49,166 bases of DNA, from IMG/VR virus record IMGVR_UViG_3300037506_000042, positions 1 through 49,166 of that record; one strand, 5' to 3'. The stretch is from a virus (taxonomy: Duplodnaviria > Caudoviricetes). Both the position numbers and the translations under genes were made by a program. Position 1 is the first letter of the stretch. Every line of letters starts with the position of its first letter. Under the pieces are notes generated by a model, which saw nothing but the letters and a program-made list of their open reading frames with translations, was not told the origin of the DNA and ran no database searches. Shown here piece by piece: positions 27,172-36,927 of this stretch.

Positions 27172-27377
27172 CAGAGATATTGTGGAGCAACGTTCGAGTA
27201 AAGCTAGATGATTTAAAACCGTGGTCTCGTAATCCTAGAATGTCTTCAAAAGCACAAGAAGAGCGCATCTTAAATTCATTCAAAGAATTTGGACAAGTAA
27301 TGACAGCAGTCGTGCTTCAGCGTGTTCTAGACGCTACAGGTAATCGCCCTGAGATAATTGAGGACGGCAATGTCTAA
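27168..27377 (+). pseudogene. Internally deleted ParB-N/methyltransferase gene
   Basis: ParB-N start (VKLDDLKPWSRNPR...LNSFKEFGQV) joined directly to AVVLQRVLDATGNRPE, resembling the extreme C-terminus of such MTases. Confidence 0.55.
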
Positions 27378-28125
27378 GCAACTAAAAACCCTTGCCTTTG
27401 ATTCAGTGCGTCCACCGAAACAAAAAAAGCTCAGCGGAAACCAAAACCCCAGCGCGTCACAGTCGCGCGGCCGAGCGGTGCGAGCGCGGCAGATGAGACA
27501 GAATTTTAAAAAAGAGACACTTTGGCGAAATCGAATCGTCGGAATCGGTGAAAGGCCGGCCGGGGAATTTGTCGCAAATCCATACAACTGGCGAATTCAC
27601 CCAAAAGCGCAAAGAGACGCCCTGTCTGGCGTGCTTGGTGAGGTCGGGTGGGTTACTGGCGTAATTGTAAATAAGACAACTGGGAACACTATTGACGGTC
27701 ACGCAAGAGTAGAGGAAGCGCTAAAAATTGGCGAAGACACGCCGGTACCGTTTATTGAGGTCGAGTTAACGCCGGAAGAAGAAGCGACCATACTTGCAAC
27801 TTTTGACCCGATAGGCGCAATGGCGGCAGCAGACAAAGAACAGATAGACGCGCTCCTGCAAGAATTCAATACGAGTAGCCAAGGTCTGCAAGACATGATA
27901 TCAGAGATGAAATTTTCGGTAGATCAGGCATCGGCCAAAGACGTATCAGGAGTCGGGTCAAGCGATCGAGGAATAGGAAAAATACAAGCGTTTAAGCCGG
28001 TTCTGCTTGTATCCCAAATAGACGTTTTAGAAAACGCAATCATGGCTACGGGGATGATCAATAGAGGCGAAGCGATAGAGGAAATTTGTCTCGCATATCT
28101 GAAAGATAGAAATGCAACAAGATAA
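27370..28125 (+). CDS. ParB/Srx-like N-terminal domain protein
   Basis: NPYNWRIHP...GWVTGVIVNKTTGNTIDGHAR motif. Confidence 0.75.
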   Translation: MSKQLKTLAFDSVRPPKQKKLSGNQNPSASQSRGRAVRARQMRQNFKKETLWRNRIVGIGERPAGEFVANPYNWRIHPKAQRDALSGVLGEVGWVTGVIVNKTTGNTIDGHARVEEALKIGEDTPVPFIEVELTPEEEATILATFDPIGAMAAADKEQIDALLQEFNTSSQGLQDMISEMKFSVDQASAKDVSGVGSSDRGIGKIQAFKPVLLVSQIDVLENAIMATGMINRGEAIEEICLAYLKDRNATR

Positions 28126-28714
28126 CCAAACGCTTTTGAAAAAAGTGCAAATTCGCATGTCCGCGCTAAAAGAGGTGCGAGCGCCGGTTGTTTTAGAAAC
28201 GCATGGCGGAATAGGGAGTGTGTACCGAAGGTGCTACAGCGACGCAAAGGGTGTTGTTTTCGAGAAAGACCCAAAAAAGACTGAAATGCTTGCGTCTCAA
28301 CGTCCATCGTGGCGCGTTTATGAGTGCGACTGCGTAGAGGCAATCAACGCCGGCGTGTGCGGCGAAACGGTATTTAATATGATTGACATTGACCCGTACG
28401 GTCAGTGCTGGCCGGTTATAGATGCCGTGTTTGGCCAAGGAGTAAAAATGGCCGACAGGACCGCAATAGTTGTCAACTGCGGGTTGAGACAAAATCTAAA
28501 AATGGGAACCGCTTGGAATGCGAAGTCAATGCAATGGGCGGTCACGAAATACGGGAATGCGCATGTGTATGGACAATACTTGGACATTTGCAGGGAAGCA
28601 ATGGAAAATAAAGCAGCGCAGGCCGGGTATAGCCTGCGCCGCTGGGCTGGGTATCACTGTGGTGTTGGTGGAAACATGACGCACTTCCTTGCGGTGATCG
28701 AAAAAACTCAATGA
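28112..28714 (+). CDS. Class I SAM-dependent methyltransferase-like protein
   Basis: VLETHGGIG (motif I-like), VFEKD, MIDIDPYG (motif IV-like). Confidence 0.65.
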   Translation: MQQDNQTLLKKVQIRMSALKEVRAPVVLETHGGIGSVYRRCYSDAKGVVFEKDPKKTEMLASQRPSWRVYECDCVEAINAGVCGETVFNMIDIDPYGQCWPVIDAVFGQGVKMADRTAIVVNCGLRQNLKMGTAWNAKSMQWAVTKYGNAHVYGQYLDICREAMENKAAQAGYSLRRWAGYHCGVGGNMTHFLAVIEKTQ

Positions 28715-29529
28715 TGCTGCTGAATGTATTTCGGGTTGTAGTAACCATCAGGGAGATATTTTTGCAAATCCTTCTTGATGTAGTGCTTCACGCCCAAGTG
28801 CTGCACAAGCTCTACGATTCGATTAGTGTAGCTTTCCCAATCTGTTGTTTTGGTCATGCCGACATAGTTTACGCGACCGATTTTGTAAAGGTCAACAAAA
28901 TGGTGCGTTTGGCGAATGATTTCGAGGCTGGCGTCACAGTCAAGCGTGGGTTCAAGGCTGACCCACGTAAATACACCCGCCTCGTGAAACTTGCGCAGCG
29001 TGTCGATACGGTCGCCGGGAAGCGCCGCGCCGCGCTCCCACTTCATGCTGAAATCGTCGTCCAAGCTTGTCAGCGTGGACGCGAAGGCGTCGCGGTCGGG
29101 GCGAAACATGTCGATGTCACGAAGCGCGCGGGAAGCGCCCTTCGTGAGAGTGCAAATGCTCATGTTGTGTTCTTGCAGGATACGCAAAACTTCGCGCGTT
29201 GGTCTGTTATCGCCGGGGTGATACGGATCAGTCGTGAAACTGAGCATAACCTGCTCATTGATGTTTCGAGCCTGATATTTGCGCGCATCTTTGCGCAAAA
29301 GGTCCAGAAAACCGGGGCGGTCATTCGCGCCGGTGTCAAACTCGGCGCGGTCCATTTTCAAAATCTTAGGCACGTAGCAATACGCGCACTTGTGCCCGCA
29401 CCCGCGATACGGGTTGGTGGCGAGCTTGGCGTATTCGCCCGCTTGCCCGCGCGGGGCGTATATGATGCTGCATCCAGGAACCTGATACTGGTCATTTGTC
29501 ATTTCTTCGGTTTTTGTCGGTGTTTTCAT
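28708..29529 (-). CDS. Radical SAM protein (spore-photoproduct-lyase-like family), near-perfect target of spacer 5
   Basis: NPYRGCGHKCAYCY (CxxxCxxC), TDPY, LTK, TWVSLEP. Confidence 0.9.
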   Translation of the reverse strand: MKTPTKTEEMTNDQYQVPGCSIIYAPRGQAGEYAKLATNPYRGCGHKCAYCYVPKILKMDRAEFDTGANDRPGFLDLLRKDARKYQARNINEQVMLSFTTDPYHPGDNRPTREVLRILQEHNMSICTLTKGASRALRDIDMFRPDRDAFASTLTSLDDDFSMKWERGAALPGDRIDTLRKFHEAGVFTWVSLEPTLDCDASLEIIRQTHHFVDLYKIGRVNYVGMTKTTDWESYTNRIVELVQHLGVKHYIKKDLQKYLPDGYYNPKYIQQHH

Positions 29530-29701
29530 TTTGGATTTCCCTATCAATTAACTGACGAAGCGCTTGCGAAATGTTTCGCGAGCGGGACAAGAGGAACTCG
29601 ATGTGAGACGCAAGAAGCGCAACGGTTACTCGTACCACGCGCACGTCCTCCGAAATGCGCGGGCGTCCGGCGCCGGGCCTTTGCCCGCCACGTTTACCCA
29701 T
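29492..29701 (-). CDS. Small DNA-binding protein (RGGxRxGAGRP motif plus ribbon-helix-helix-like region)
   Basis: MGKRGGQRPGAGRP...VRVTVALL...NISQALRQLID; leaderless start 6 nt after the -10 box. Confidence 0.7.
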   Translation of the reverse strand: MGKRGGQRPGAGRPRISEDVRVVRVTVALLASHIEFLLSRSRNISQALRQLIDREIQNENTDKNRRNDK

Positions 29702-29707
29702 GAATTG

Positions 29708-29735
29708 ATTGTATAACACCAAATCAAAATGTCAA
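29708..29735 (-). promoter_or_regulatory. Sigma70-type promoter of the regulator/radical SAM pair
   Basis: TTGACA-16-TACAAT. Confidence 0.8.
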
Positions 29736-30205
29736 TAGAAAATGGCGGAAAGCGCGAAAAGAGCGCGAAAAGGGCAAAAAGAGCACATAAAAAAGGTGTT
29801 GATGACGCGCCACGCGTGAATGACCAGCAGGCGGAGTCCGAGCGCAAGCGCGAGACGTTTTTGGAAGTGCTGCGCAAAACATCAAACGTGCGTTTGGCGT
29901 GCATGGCTGCTAATCTAAGCCGCGGCCTAGTTTATCAGTGGCGTGATGACATGCCGGAATTTCGCGACGCGTGGAAGGAGGCCCGCGCGCATGCTTGCGA
30001 CATTCTGGAAATGGAGGCATGGAGGCGCGCAACGCGTGAAAGCAACCCTAGCGACACGCTGCTTATATTCCTCCTAAAAGCCCACAGACCGCGAAAGTTT
30101 CGCGAGAACTTAAGACACGAGATTACCGGCAAAGCGGGGGGGGCTATTGCCGTTAATGTCAGCATGGAAAATGCCCTATTGAAGGTCTACGGAGATGAAG
30201 ACTAA
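29729..30205 (+). CDS. terS: Terminase small subunit
   Basis: FLEVL...NVRLAC..ANLSRGLVYQWR...F...W; LEMEAWRRA; SDTLLIFLLKAHRP.KFRE; directly upstream of terL. Confidence 0.85.
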   Translation: MSIENGGKREKSAKRAKRAHKKGVDDAPRVNDQQAESERKRETFLEVLRKTSNVRLACMAANLSRGLVYQWRDDMPEFRDAWKEARAHACDILEMEAWRRATRESNPSDTLLIFLLKAHRPRKFRENLRHEITGKAGGAIAVNVSMENALLKVYGDED

Positions 30206-31595
30206 CGCTGCGTCCACGATAACGCCACTTGAGAAATACGCAATCGCCGGACAGGCGGCGGGGTGCTCGCGTGACCAAATGGCTAACTTCATGCGCGCCG
30301 GCATCGTGCTACAGCCTAAGCAGTTAGAGGTAAGCGCGCTCGCGCGACTGTGCGACAAAGACAACGGGCCTACTGATATTGGGTACGGCGGCGCGCGCGG
30401 TCCTGGTAAATCGCATTGGCTACTAGCGCAAATTGGCGCGGATGACTGTGTGCGTTATCCCGGTCTAAAAGCGCTTGTGTTGCGCAAGGTTGGAAAGGCG
30501 GCCAAAGAGTCGTTTGAGGACTTGCGACCGAAGATTTTCGGATCTATACCGCATAATTTTTGGCCTTCGTCTATGACGTTGGAATACCAAAACCAGTCAA
30601 AAATCATCGTCGGAAACTTCAAGGACGAAAAAGACATCGACAAATACTTGGGTCTTGAATATGACGTAATTGGTGTCGAGGAGGCAACGCAGCTAACGAA
30701 GTCAAAAATAGAAATGATCCAAAGCGTGAACCGAACGTCTAAACCAGGTTGGCGTCCGCGCATGTACTACACGACCAATCCCGGAGGGGTTGGGCATGCG
30801 TGGTTTCGCAATATGTTCTTATTGCCGACACGCGATGCAGACGTCGGAAGCGCGCGGTTTGTTCAGGCTCTTGTTCATGACAACAAATTCGTCAACAAAG
30901 ACTATCTAAAGCGTCTGGAATCACTCACGGGTTGGCAGAAACGCGCATGGCTGCATGGAGACTGGGACATTTCAGCCGGCCAGTTCTTCACAACGTTTAG
31001 CACCCAGCATCACGTCAAAGAACCTCCGCGCCCGATTCCGCAAAATTGGACAGTTTGGGGCGCTATGGATTACGGCTTTACACATTTCACCGTGTTTTAC
31101 TTGATGGCCGAGGATGGCGACGGCAACGTATGGGTTCTAAACGAGCACGGCGAGCAGCGCTGGATTGTGGACCGCCACGCCGCCGCAATTCGCAACCTGT
31201 GCGAACGGACATGCAACGGCATGAACCGGATAGAAACGATTGTCGCAGGCGGGGACGTGTTTCAAGAGCGCGGCGGCGCTACGGTCGCACAGCAATACGC
31301 GGAGCACGGTATATCGCTCAATCGCGCCAATGACGACCGAATCAACGGCGCGGCGAAGATCATCGACCTGCTGGGCGACCCGATGGAGAACATGCCGCCG
31401 CGCTTGTTTATATCTCCAAAGTGCAAGCGGCTTATTGAGTCGTTGCCGCTGCTTGAACACAACCCCCGACGACCTGAGGATGTGCTTAAGAAAAACGTAG
31501 ACGAGAAAGGCGAAGGCGGAGATGACTTTTACGACGCATTTCGTTACGGTGTCATGGCATCGCGCGCGGCCAGTTTCGCATTCAGCTACACATAG
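30195..31595 (+). CDS. terL: Terminase large subunit
   Basis: Walker A GGARGPGKS, Walker B IGVEEAT, TTNPGG, nuclease MDYG and DDFYDA. Confidence 0.95.
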   Translation: MKTNAASTITPLEKYAIAGQAAGCSRDQMANFMRAGIVLQPKQLEVSALARLCDKDNGPTDIGYGGARGPGKSHWLLAQIGADDCVRYPGLKALVLRKVGKAAKESFEDLRPKIFGSIPHNFWPSSMTLEYQNQSKIIVGNFKDEKDIDKYLGLEYDVIGVEEATQLTKSKIEMIQSVNRTSKPGWRPRMYYTTNPGGVGHAWFRNMFLLPTRDADVGSARFVQALVHDNKFVNKDYLKRLESLTGWQKRAWLHGDWDISAGQFFTTFSTQHHVKEPPRPIPQNWTVWGAMDYGFTHFTVFYLMAEDGDGNVWVLNEHGEQRWIVDRHAAAIRNLCERTCNGMNRIETIVAGGDVFQERGGATVAQQYAEHGISLNRANDDRINGAAKIIDLLGDPMENMPPRLFISPKCKRLIESLPLLEHNPRRPEDVLKKNVDEKGEGGDDFYDAFRYGVMASRAASFAFSYT

Positions 31596-31603
31596 GAACA
31601 TAC

Positions 31604-33091
31604 ATGCTTTATCCATCACAGAACACACCAAACCCGGTGCATCGTAGCTACGCGATGTGGCAGGCGAAAGAGGAGCAAGACCGCCAACGCGAAGTATTGC
31701 TAGCGCGTTATTACTATCAAGGCGCAAAATTTACGAAGCTGTCTACCGACATGTCGAAAGTATTAGGACAGCTAGAAAAGAGATCGGGATGGAGGTTCAA
31801 CGTTATTAGACCGATTGTGTCTAGCGTGGTCGAGCGCTTGACGTTTACCAATTTCGCGACTGGCAGCGATGCTCACACCGCGTATATACAGCAGGTGGTA
31901 GATGCGCAGGACTTGGACGAGAAGCAGGATACGGTATACCGAGACGCGGTGAACGACGGAGAGGCGTTTCTAGTGCTTGAGTGGGACAAAGATCGCAACA
32001 TGCCAAAGCTTGTTCCACACCCGCGCTACGTTGCGTCAAACGCAAATCCAGACGTGTCGGTTATCGACTTGGGCGAGCATAATCTGGGCGACGAGTTTGG
32101 TTGCAAAGCGTTCTACGCCAACGACGACGCAAATCAAGAGCTGCTATACGTATCAAAGCGCTGGCGAGAAAGCCTTGGCGGTGGCCGCGCAAGGATGCGC
32201 AAGAACGACTATTACCCAGACCGAATAGAGCGCTACTATGCGGACGTGTTTTCTGGAGAGATGGCGTGGAGCGGATACAGCGATGAGGAAGGCGGAAGCG
32301 TGCTCCCGTGGGTTGATATCACCGGGAAACCGTTGGGGATCGCCGCCATTCATTTTACCAACATCGGCATGCGCCCCGAGGCTATCGACGCGTGGAGCAT
32401 ACAAGACCAATTGCTAAACAGCGTAATCGACTTTGCGGCTAACAACCGCATTGCGGCGTTTCGCGTTTACAAGGCGTTCGGGTGGATGCCTACAACAGAC
32501 GGAAAAGCACCGGCCGCTGACGGCTCTAACCGCGTGAGTATCAGCCCCGGAATGATCGTTGGCACGCACAACCAGACAGGCCAACACCCACCGTCTTTTG
32601 ACGTCATCGAAGGCTCGGACTCTGCGCCGTTTATCGCCACGATTGAGGCCAATATCCGCTACGCGTCGATGCTCACCGATACGCCGGTCGAGCGATTCCA
32701 GATGACGCGGCAGGTCGCGAGCGAAGGCACGCAGCAGGCATACAACGAAACGCTGATTAACAAAGTTGAGAAGCGACAAACGCGTTTCGCAAACGCTTGG
32801 TCGCGAGTGTGGATGCTTGCACTGCGCATGGCTGAGACATGGGGCGGGCTTGATGCTCTGCCAGACAGAACGGCCATTAAGACCAACTGGAAGCCGGCGT
32901 ATAAGCGCAAGTTAGACGAAATCATCAAAGAGTCAGATGCGAAGTCGCGCGCCGGCATCCCGCAAGAGATGATCTGGGCCGAAACATGGGGTTACACGCC
33001 TGACCAAATCGCAGACATGCAAAAGCAGCCGTCGTATATCCGACGCCGGAACATTGAGAGCGCGGGATTGGACGTAGAAGACAATGGATGA
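31604..33091 (+). CDS. Portal protein (SPP1 gp6-like)
   Basis: Follows terL; YYQG, NVIRPIVSSVVERL, KVEKRQTRF..W; 495 aa. Confidence 0.88.
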   Translation: MLYPSQNTPNPVHRSYAMWQAKEEQDRQREVLLARYYYQGAKFTKLSTDMSKVLGQLEKRSGWRFNVIRPIVSSVVERLTFTNFATGSDAHTAYIQQVVDAQDLDEKQDTVYRDAVNDGEAFLVLEWDKDRNMPKLVPHPRYVASNANPDVSVIDLGEHNLGDEFGCKAFYANDDANQELLYVSKRWRESLGGGRARMRKNDYYPDRIERYYADVFSGEMAWSGYSDEEGGSVLPWVDITGKPLGIAAIHFTNIGMRPEAIDAWSIQDQLLNSVIDFAANNRIAAFRVYKAFGWMPTTDGKAPAADGSNRVSISPGMIVGTHNQTGQHPPSFDVIEGSDSAPFIATIEANIRYASMLTDTPVERFQMTRQVASEGTQQAYNETLINKVEKRQTRFANAWSRVWMLALRMAETWGGLDALPDRTAIKTNWKPAYKRKLDEIIKESDAKSRAGIPQEMIWAETWGYTPDQIADMQKQPSYIRRRNIESAGLDVEDNG

Positions 33092-33959
33092 GCACGAGCG
33101 GTCGGTAAAGAACGCGGAAAAGGCCGGCGATGAGCTTGCAATTCTGTTTGCGAGCATCGGCTCAGTGTCGCGGCCTACTGGCGAGTTGTTCACTTCGTAC
33201 CGCAACGCGCGCAGAGCGCTACGTGCAGCCATTGCGGACGCTGTAGCCGCGCGGTCGATTATGACCACGCTGGTAGAGGATGTGCGGCGCATCGTCGAGA
33301 CAATTCTGAGGCGCGCGGCGGACATTGGAGACGCGCAGTCGCGCGTTGACGCTGATGTATGGGGACTGAACTTCACCCCTTCTTTTCTTGATTCAAACGT
33401 GCTTGCGGAGAGCGTAGACGCTATCACGCTACAGACTGAGTCACAACGCGCACAGGTCTTGGCGGCCGTGCGCGCGGGCAGTGCAACTGCGCCTCAACTA
33501 TTGGGCGCTAATGGGTCGCTTGGTATGGTGACGCCGGCACCTATCGCGCTTGGCCTTACGCGCGCCGCAGTGAGCACTCACGCATACGCATATCACGAAT
33601 CGGTAACACAGTCAATTGAGAACACTCCGGGGCGCATGGTGGGGCAATACGTGCGCCAAGCTGTCGCGGCAATTGACGCAAAGACAACTGATTGCTGCTT
33701 GCGCGTGCATGGACAGACCGCGCCGATTGACGGTATGTTCACGCTGACAGGAACGCCGAAATTCGCCGACCGACTAGCGTATCCGCCGTTCCATTGGAGA
33801 TGCAGGACGGCCACGGCGCTTGTTTTTAAGTCTTTGGAGAACGATTCGCTAACGCAGCGCATGATTGCAAGCGCAAAGGCTGAGCGAGCGGCACGAGATG
33901 CCGGCGGGTCTACGCAAGGCAGATACACAAACGCATTTTCAGGAGGTGGCAGAACATGA
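33084..33959 (+). CDS. Minor head morphogenesis protein (SPP1 gp7/Mu gpF-like)
   Basis: D.KTTDCCLRVHG...PPFHWRCRT. Confidence 0.85.
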   Translation: MDEHERSVKNAEKAGDELAILFASIGSVSRPTGELFTSYRNARRALRAAIADAVAARSIMTTLVEDVRRIVETILRRAADIGDAQSRVDADVWGLNFTPSFLDSNVLAESVDAITLQTESQRAQVLAAVRAGSATAPQLLGANGSLGMVTPAPIALGLTRAAVSTHAYAYHESVTQSIENTPGRMVGQYVRQAVAAIDAKTTDCCLRVHGQTAPIDGMFTLTGTPKFADRLAYPPFHWRCRTATALVFKSLENDSLTQRMIASAKAERAARDAGGSTQGRYTNAFSGGGRT

Positions 33960-34099
33960 CAGACGCATCAAAGCACAGTGATGAACTACGCGCATTTTTT
34001 ATGGTAGTGCGTCAGGCACTACTCATGATTGTTGCTTATATTGAGAGGACGTATGGGTTAGGATCTCACAAAAAGCAGGTAGTCGCAGATAGACGATAG
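33956..34099 (+). CDS. 47-aa hypothetical protein
   Basis: Manual translation MTDASKHSDELRAFFMVVRQALLMIVAYIERTYGL; AGGAGG RBS and ATGA coupling. Confidence 0.6.
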   Translation: MTDASKHSDELRAFFMVVRQALLMIVAYIERTYGLGSHKKQVVADRR

Positions 34100-34226
34100 A
34101 TTCAGAATTATTCGGAGCGCAGCCTAAGAAGGGATCAAGATAAAAAAGCGGTATAATTAGACCAACAACTTAATACAACCGCTCGCGTGCTCTGGCACTC
34201 GCGCGGGAGTGACAGCAGTCGCACAA

Positions 34227-34271
34227 CGCGCCCGCTTTTTTGGTCAGTGATTGACCAAAAAAGCGGGCGCG
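34227..34271. promoter_or_regulatory. 20-bp stem hairpin upstream of the scaffold gene
   Basis: CGCGCCCGCTTTTTTGGTCA-GTGAT-TGACCAAAAAAGCGGGCGCG; TATAAT at 34152-34157 upstream. Confidence 0.55.
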
Positions 34272-34318
34272 TTTTTGTTTTTCCCCATTGCGTGATGCAG
34301 TGGGGCAGGCGGGACGCC

Positions 34319-34864
34319 GTGGCAGACAAAGCAGAACAAAATCAGCAAAAACCATTCGATTTTACGACGTGGATTTCGTCTCAAGACGATTCCACAAAGG
34401 CCGGTGTTAGCGCTTATTTGGCCGCACAGATTGACGAAGGCGCAAAAGGTCTAAAGACCGCGCTGGAAGCGGAGCGTGCCAACGCAAAAGCGTTGGATAA
34501 GCAGCTTAAGGCTATTCAGTCTCAGCTTAAAGAAGGCGATGAAGCGTCGAAGCAAATCGACGTTCTACGCAGTGAGCTGAGCAAGGCAAACAAGCGCAAC
34601 GCATTTCTGTCGAGCGCTCCGAAAGACGTGCTTGACATTGAAGTAGCTCTAACAGTCGCGGAAGCCAAGGGTTTAATCGCAGATGACGGCGCTGTTGATT
34701 GGGACAACTTTAGGACCGCGCACAGCATTCTTTTTGCACAGCAAAAGGCCGTAGAGACGCCAAAGCCATCGCCAACTAACGCAGGCAGCAAAACGCCTCC
34801 GGTCTTACCGACAACGCAGGAACTTGTTGAGCGCATGCGCGCCTCGGGAAACTACTCAATGTAG
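34319..34864 (+). CDS. Head scaffolding protein
   Basis: Coiled coil (GLKTALEAER), Pro-rich tail, position before capsid genes; GTG start chosen. Confidence 0.75.
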   Translation: MADKAEQNQQKPFDFTTWISSQDDSTKAGVSAYLAAQIDEGAKGLKTALEAERANAKALDKQLKAIQSQLKEGDEASKQIDVLRSELSKANKRNAFLSSAPKDVLDIEVALTVAEAKGLIADDGAVDWDNFRTAHSILFAQQKAVETPKPSPTNAGSKTPPVLPTTQELVERMRASGNYSM

Positions 34865-34894
34865 CTGCCCGAGGCGCATTCATCGAAGATCAAT

Positions 34895-35293
34895 ATGGCA
34901 CTTGTCACAAAAACCAATGTAGGTTTGGATTTGAGCACGGCGCAGATTGCGCCACAAATTACCGGACTGATTGCCGGCGAGGATCTCGCCGCAAACGATT
35001 TTTGTCGCATTCACACAGACGGTAAGGTATATCGAAGCAATGCAACTGCGGCTGACTTACAGGCGCGTTTTCATGGCGTGTCCGGTCGCGACTACAAGGC
35101 CGGCGAACCAGTAACGCTGTTCGGACCCGGAACACGCTTGCAATACAGCACCGGACTTGTTGTCGGAACGCGCCTATTTCTCGGCGCGACCGCTGGCCGG
35201 CTCGACACTGCCGCTACGACCGGTGACGCCATTGGCGTTGCTTTTGTCGTGAGCGAAAAAGACATCGTGGTTGCGCGCTACGCAATCTCCTAA
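34895..35293 (+). CDS. Head decoration/cement protein
   Basis: AGEDLAAND..., AGEPVT, LFLGATAG.L; lies between scaffold and capsid. Confidence 0.7.
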   Translation: MALVTKTNVGLDLSTAQIAPQITGLIAGEDLAANDFCRIHTDGKVYRSNATAADLQARFHGVSGRDYKAGEPVTLFGPGTRLQYSTGLVVGTRLFLGATAGRLDTAATTGDAIGVAFVVSEKDIVVARYAIS

Positions 35294-35302
35294 GGACACA
35301 TC

Positions 35303-36370
35303 ATGGCAAATTACAACGTAGGCACACACGATACAACTACTCTTGAAGCCGTGCGCAATGCACGGGTTGTTGAAATCGGAGAAGACGTAGTCGCGCGAGG
35401 GTTGCAGGCCGACTTGGCGGCGCACAATGCAATTTTCGCCGACATGGCATCTGATCTTGTGGAAATCAGCGAAGACGTGCGCCGCCGCTACGGAGATTCG
35501 GTTGACTCAAAGATGTACAAAGTCGATGAGTTTGGCCGTGTGCCAACTCAACGCGCTGTTGCTGGCTCAAACGTGGATTTCCCGCTTGAGAAATACGCGC
35601 ACTCGGTCGGTTACACGCGCGAGTTTTTGGAAATGGCGACAGTTAACGACGTGGTTGCAAAAGCCGTCATGGCACGAAAGGCCGATATCCAGAACCTGCG
35701 CGAGGAAGCCTCGCGCGCTCTCTTTCGCGCTACCAACTTCTCGTTCATTGACCGACACAACGACCGCGTGGAGCTGGCTGTAAAAGCGCTAGTGAACGCG
35801 GATAACGCGCCAATCCCGCCGTGGCAGGCCCAATCCTTCGACGCGGCAACGCACACGCACTACGTCGGCCGCGCAGGAGGGTCGCTCGCGCTGGCAGACC
35901 TTGAGTCGCTTGTAACCAATGTGTTTGAGCACGGCCACACATCGGGTCTGCGTCTCGTAATCCACAAGGGTGATGAAGCGACTGTTCGGACGATCTTGCC
36001 GGTCGCGAATCTGTATCAAGATCCGCGAATCTCGTATCGCGTGAGCAACACAACAACTCAGACGCTTGATCTTGTGAACGTCAACAACCGCGCAATTGGC
36101 ATTTTGTCAAATGGCGCGGAAGTGTGGGTGAAGCCGTGGGCCGTTCAAGGATATGCGTTTGCATACGCCGCAGGCGACAGTAACAAGCCTCTTGTGATGC
36201 GCGAATCTAAAATCGCAAGCCGCAAAGGCCTTCGCATGGCCGGTGAAATCGATCTGTATCCGCTGCGCACTGAATACATGGAGCGTTATTTCGGTTTGGG
36301 TGTTTGGACCCGAACGAATGGCGCGTGCTTGTATTTCGGTGGCACAAGCTACGTGGTTCCTAACATCTAA
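35303..36370 (+). CDS. Major capsid protein
   Basis: 355 aa, canonical position, strongly biased codons, AAGGA RBS. Confidence 0.85.
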   Translation: MANYNVGTHDTTTLEAVRNARVVEIGEDVVARGLQADLAAHNAIFADMASDLVEISEDVRRRYGDSVDSKMYKVDEFGRVPTQRAVAGSNVDFPLEKYAHSVGYTREFLEMATVNDVVAKAVMARKADIQNLREEASRALFRATNFSFIDRHNDRVELAVKALVNADNAPIPPWQAQSFDAATHTHYVGRAGGSLALADLESLVTNVFEHGHTSGLRLVIHKGDEATVRTILPVANLYQDPRISYRVSNTTTQTLDLVNVNNRAIGILSNGAEVWVKPWAVQGYAFAYAAGDSNKPLVMRESKIASRKGLRMAGEIDLYPLRTEYMERYFGLGVWTRTNGACLYFGGTSYVVPNI

Positions 36371-36381
36371 GGAGCGACCGA

Positions 36382-36537
36382 ATGAGCGTTGCATATCTCT
36401 TGAATGGCGAATGGGTCGATGCCAACGGGAAGCCAGTTGCTGCTCCAGAAGTCGCTCCCGAGGTTGGTGCAAGCGACCCCGAGCCGAAAGCCGCGCCTGA
36501 GCCTGAAGAGGAAAAGCCTAAGCGCAAGCGGGGCTAA
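36382..36537 (+). CDS. 51-aa Pro/Glu-rich post-capsid protein
   Basis: Manual translation MSVAYLLNGEWVDANGKPVAAPE...; AAGGAG RBS. Confidence 0.65.
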   Translation: MSVAYLLNGEWVDANGKPVAAPEVAPEVGASDPEPKAAPEPEEEKPKRKRG

Positions 36538-36540
36538 CGA

Positions 36541-36927
36541 ATGGCACAGCGCGATTTTACATACGACCTGTCAACCGACATAGGAAAGATGCGGTTGATG
36601 CTAGGCGATACACGAAACGATTGCGGAGTGAAGCCGGATGATACGTGTTTTGCCGATGCTGAACTGAGCGTTTTTCTTGATCAAGAGGGCGACGTTAACA
36701 ACGGCGTCGCCCTCGCGTGCGAGACTCTGGCGCGCATGTTCTCGTCGCATGTTGATATCGCGGTCGGTCCGCGGCGCGAATCGCTTTCACAGGCATCAGA
36801 GAACTGGGCTAAGCGTGCGATTGCGATCCGCGACATGCACGGGCCGGGCGGAACTTCGGGGCCGTCCGGTTCGTTTGTGACCGGGTTCAACCGCGGTGAA
36901 AGCGGTGAGGACGAATACGCGCGATGA
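36541..36927 (+). CDS. Head-tail adaptor
   Basis: FTYD...KMRLMLGDT...FADAEL..FL pattern; position. Confidence 0.75.
   Translation: MAQRDFTYDLSTDIGKMRLMLGDTRNDCGVKPDDTCFADAELSVFLDQEGDVNNGVALACETLARMFSSHVDIAVGPRRESLSQASENWAKRAIAIRDMHGPGGTSGPSGSFVTGFNRGESGEDEYAR

Noticed and set aside
28711-29703. 330-aa plus-strand ORF
   Set aside because: Antisense shadow of the radical SAM and regulator genes, which have clear motifs and a promoter.
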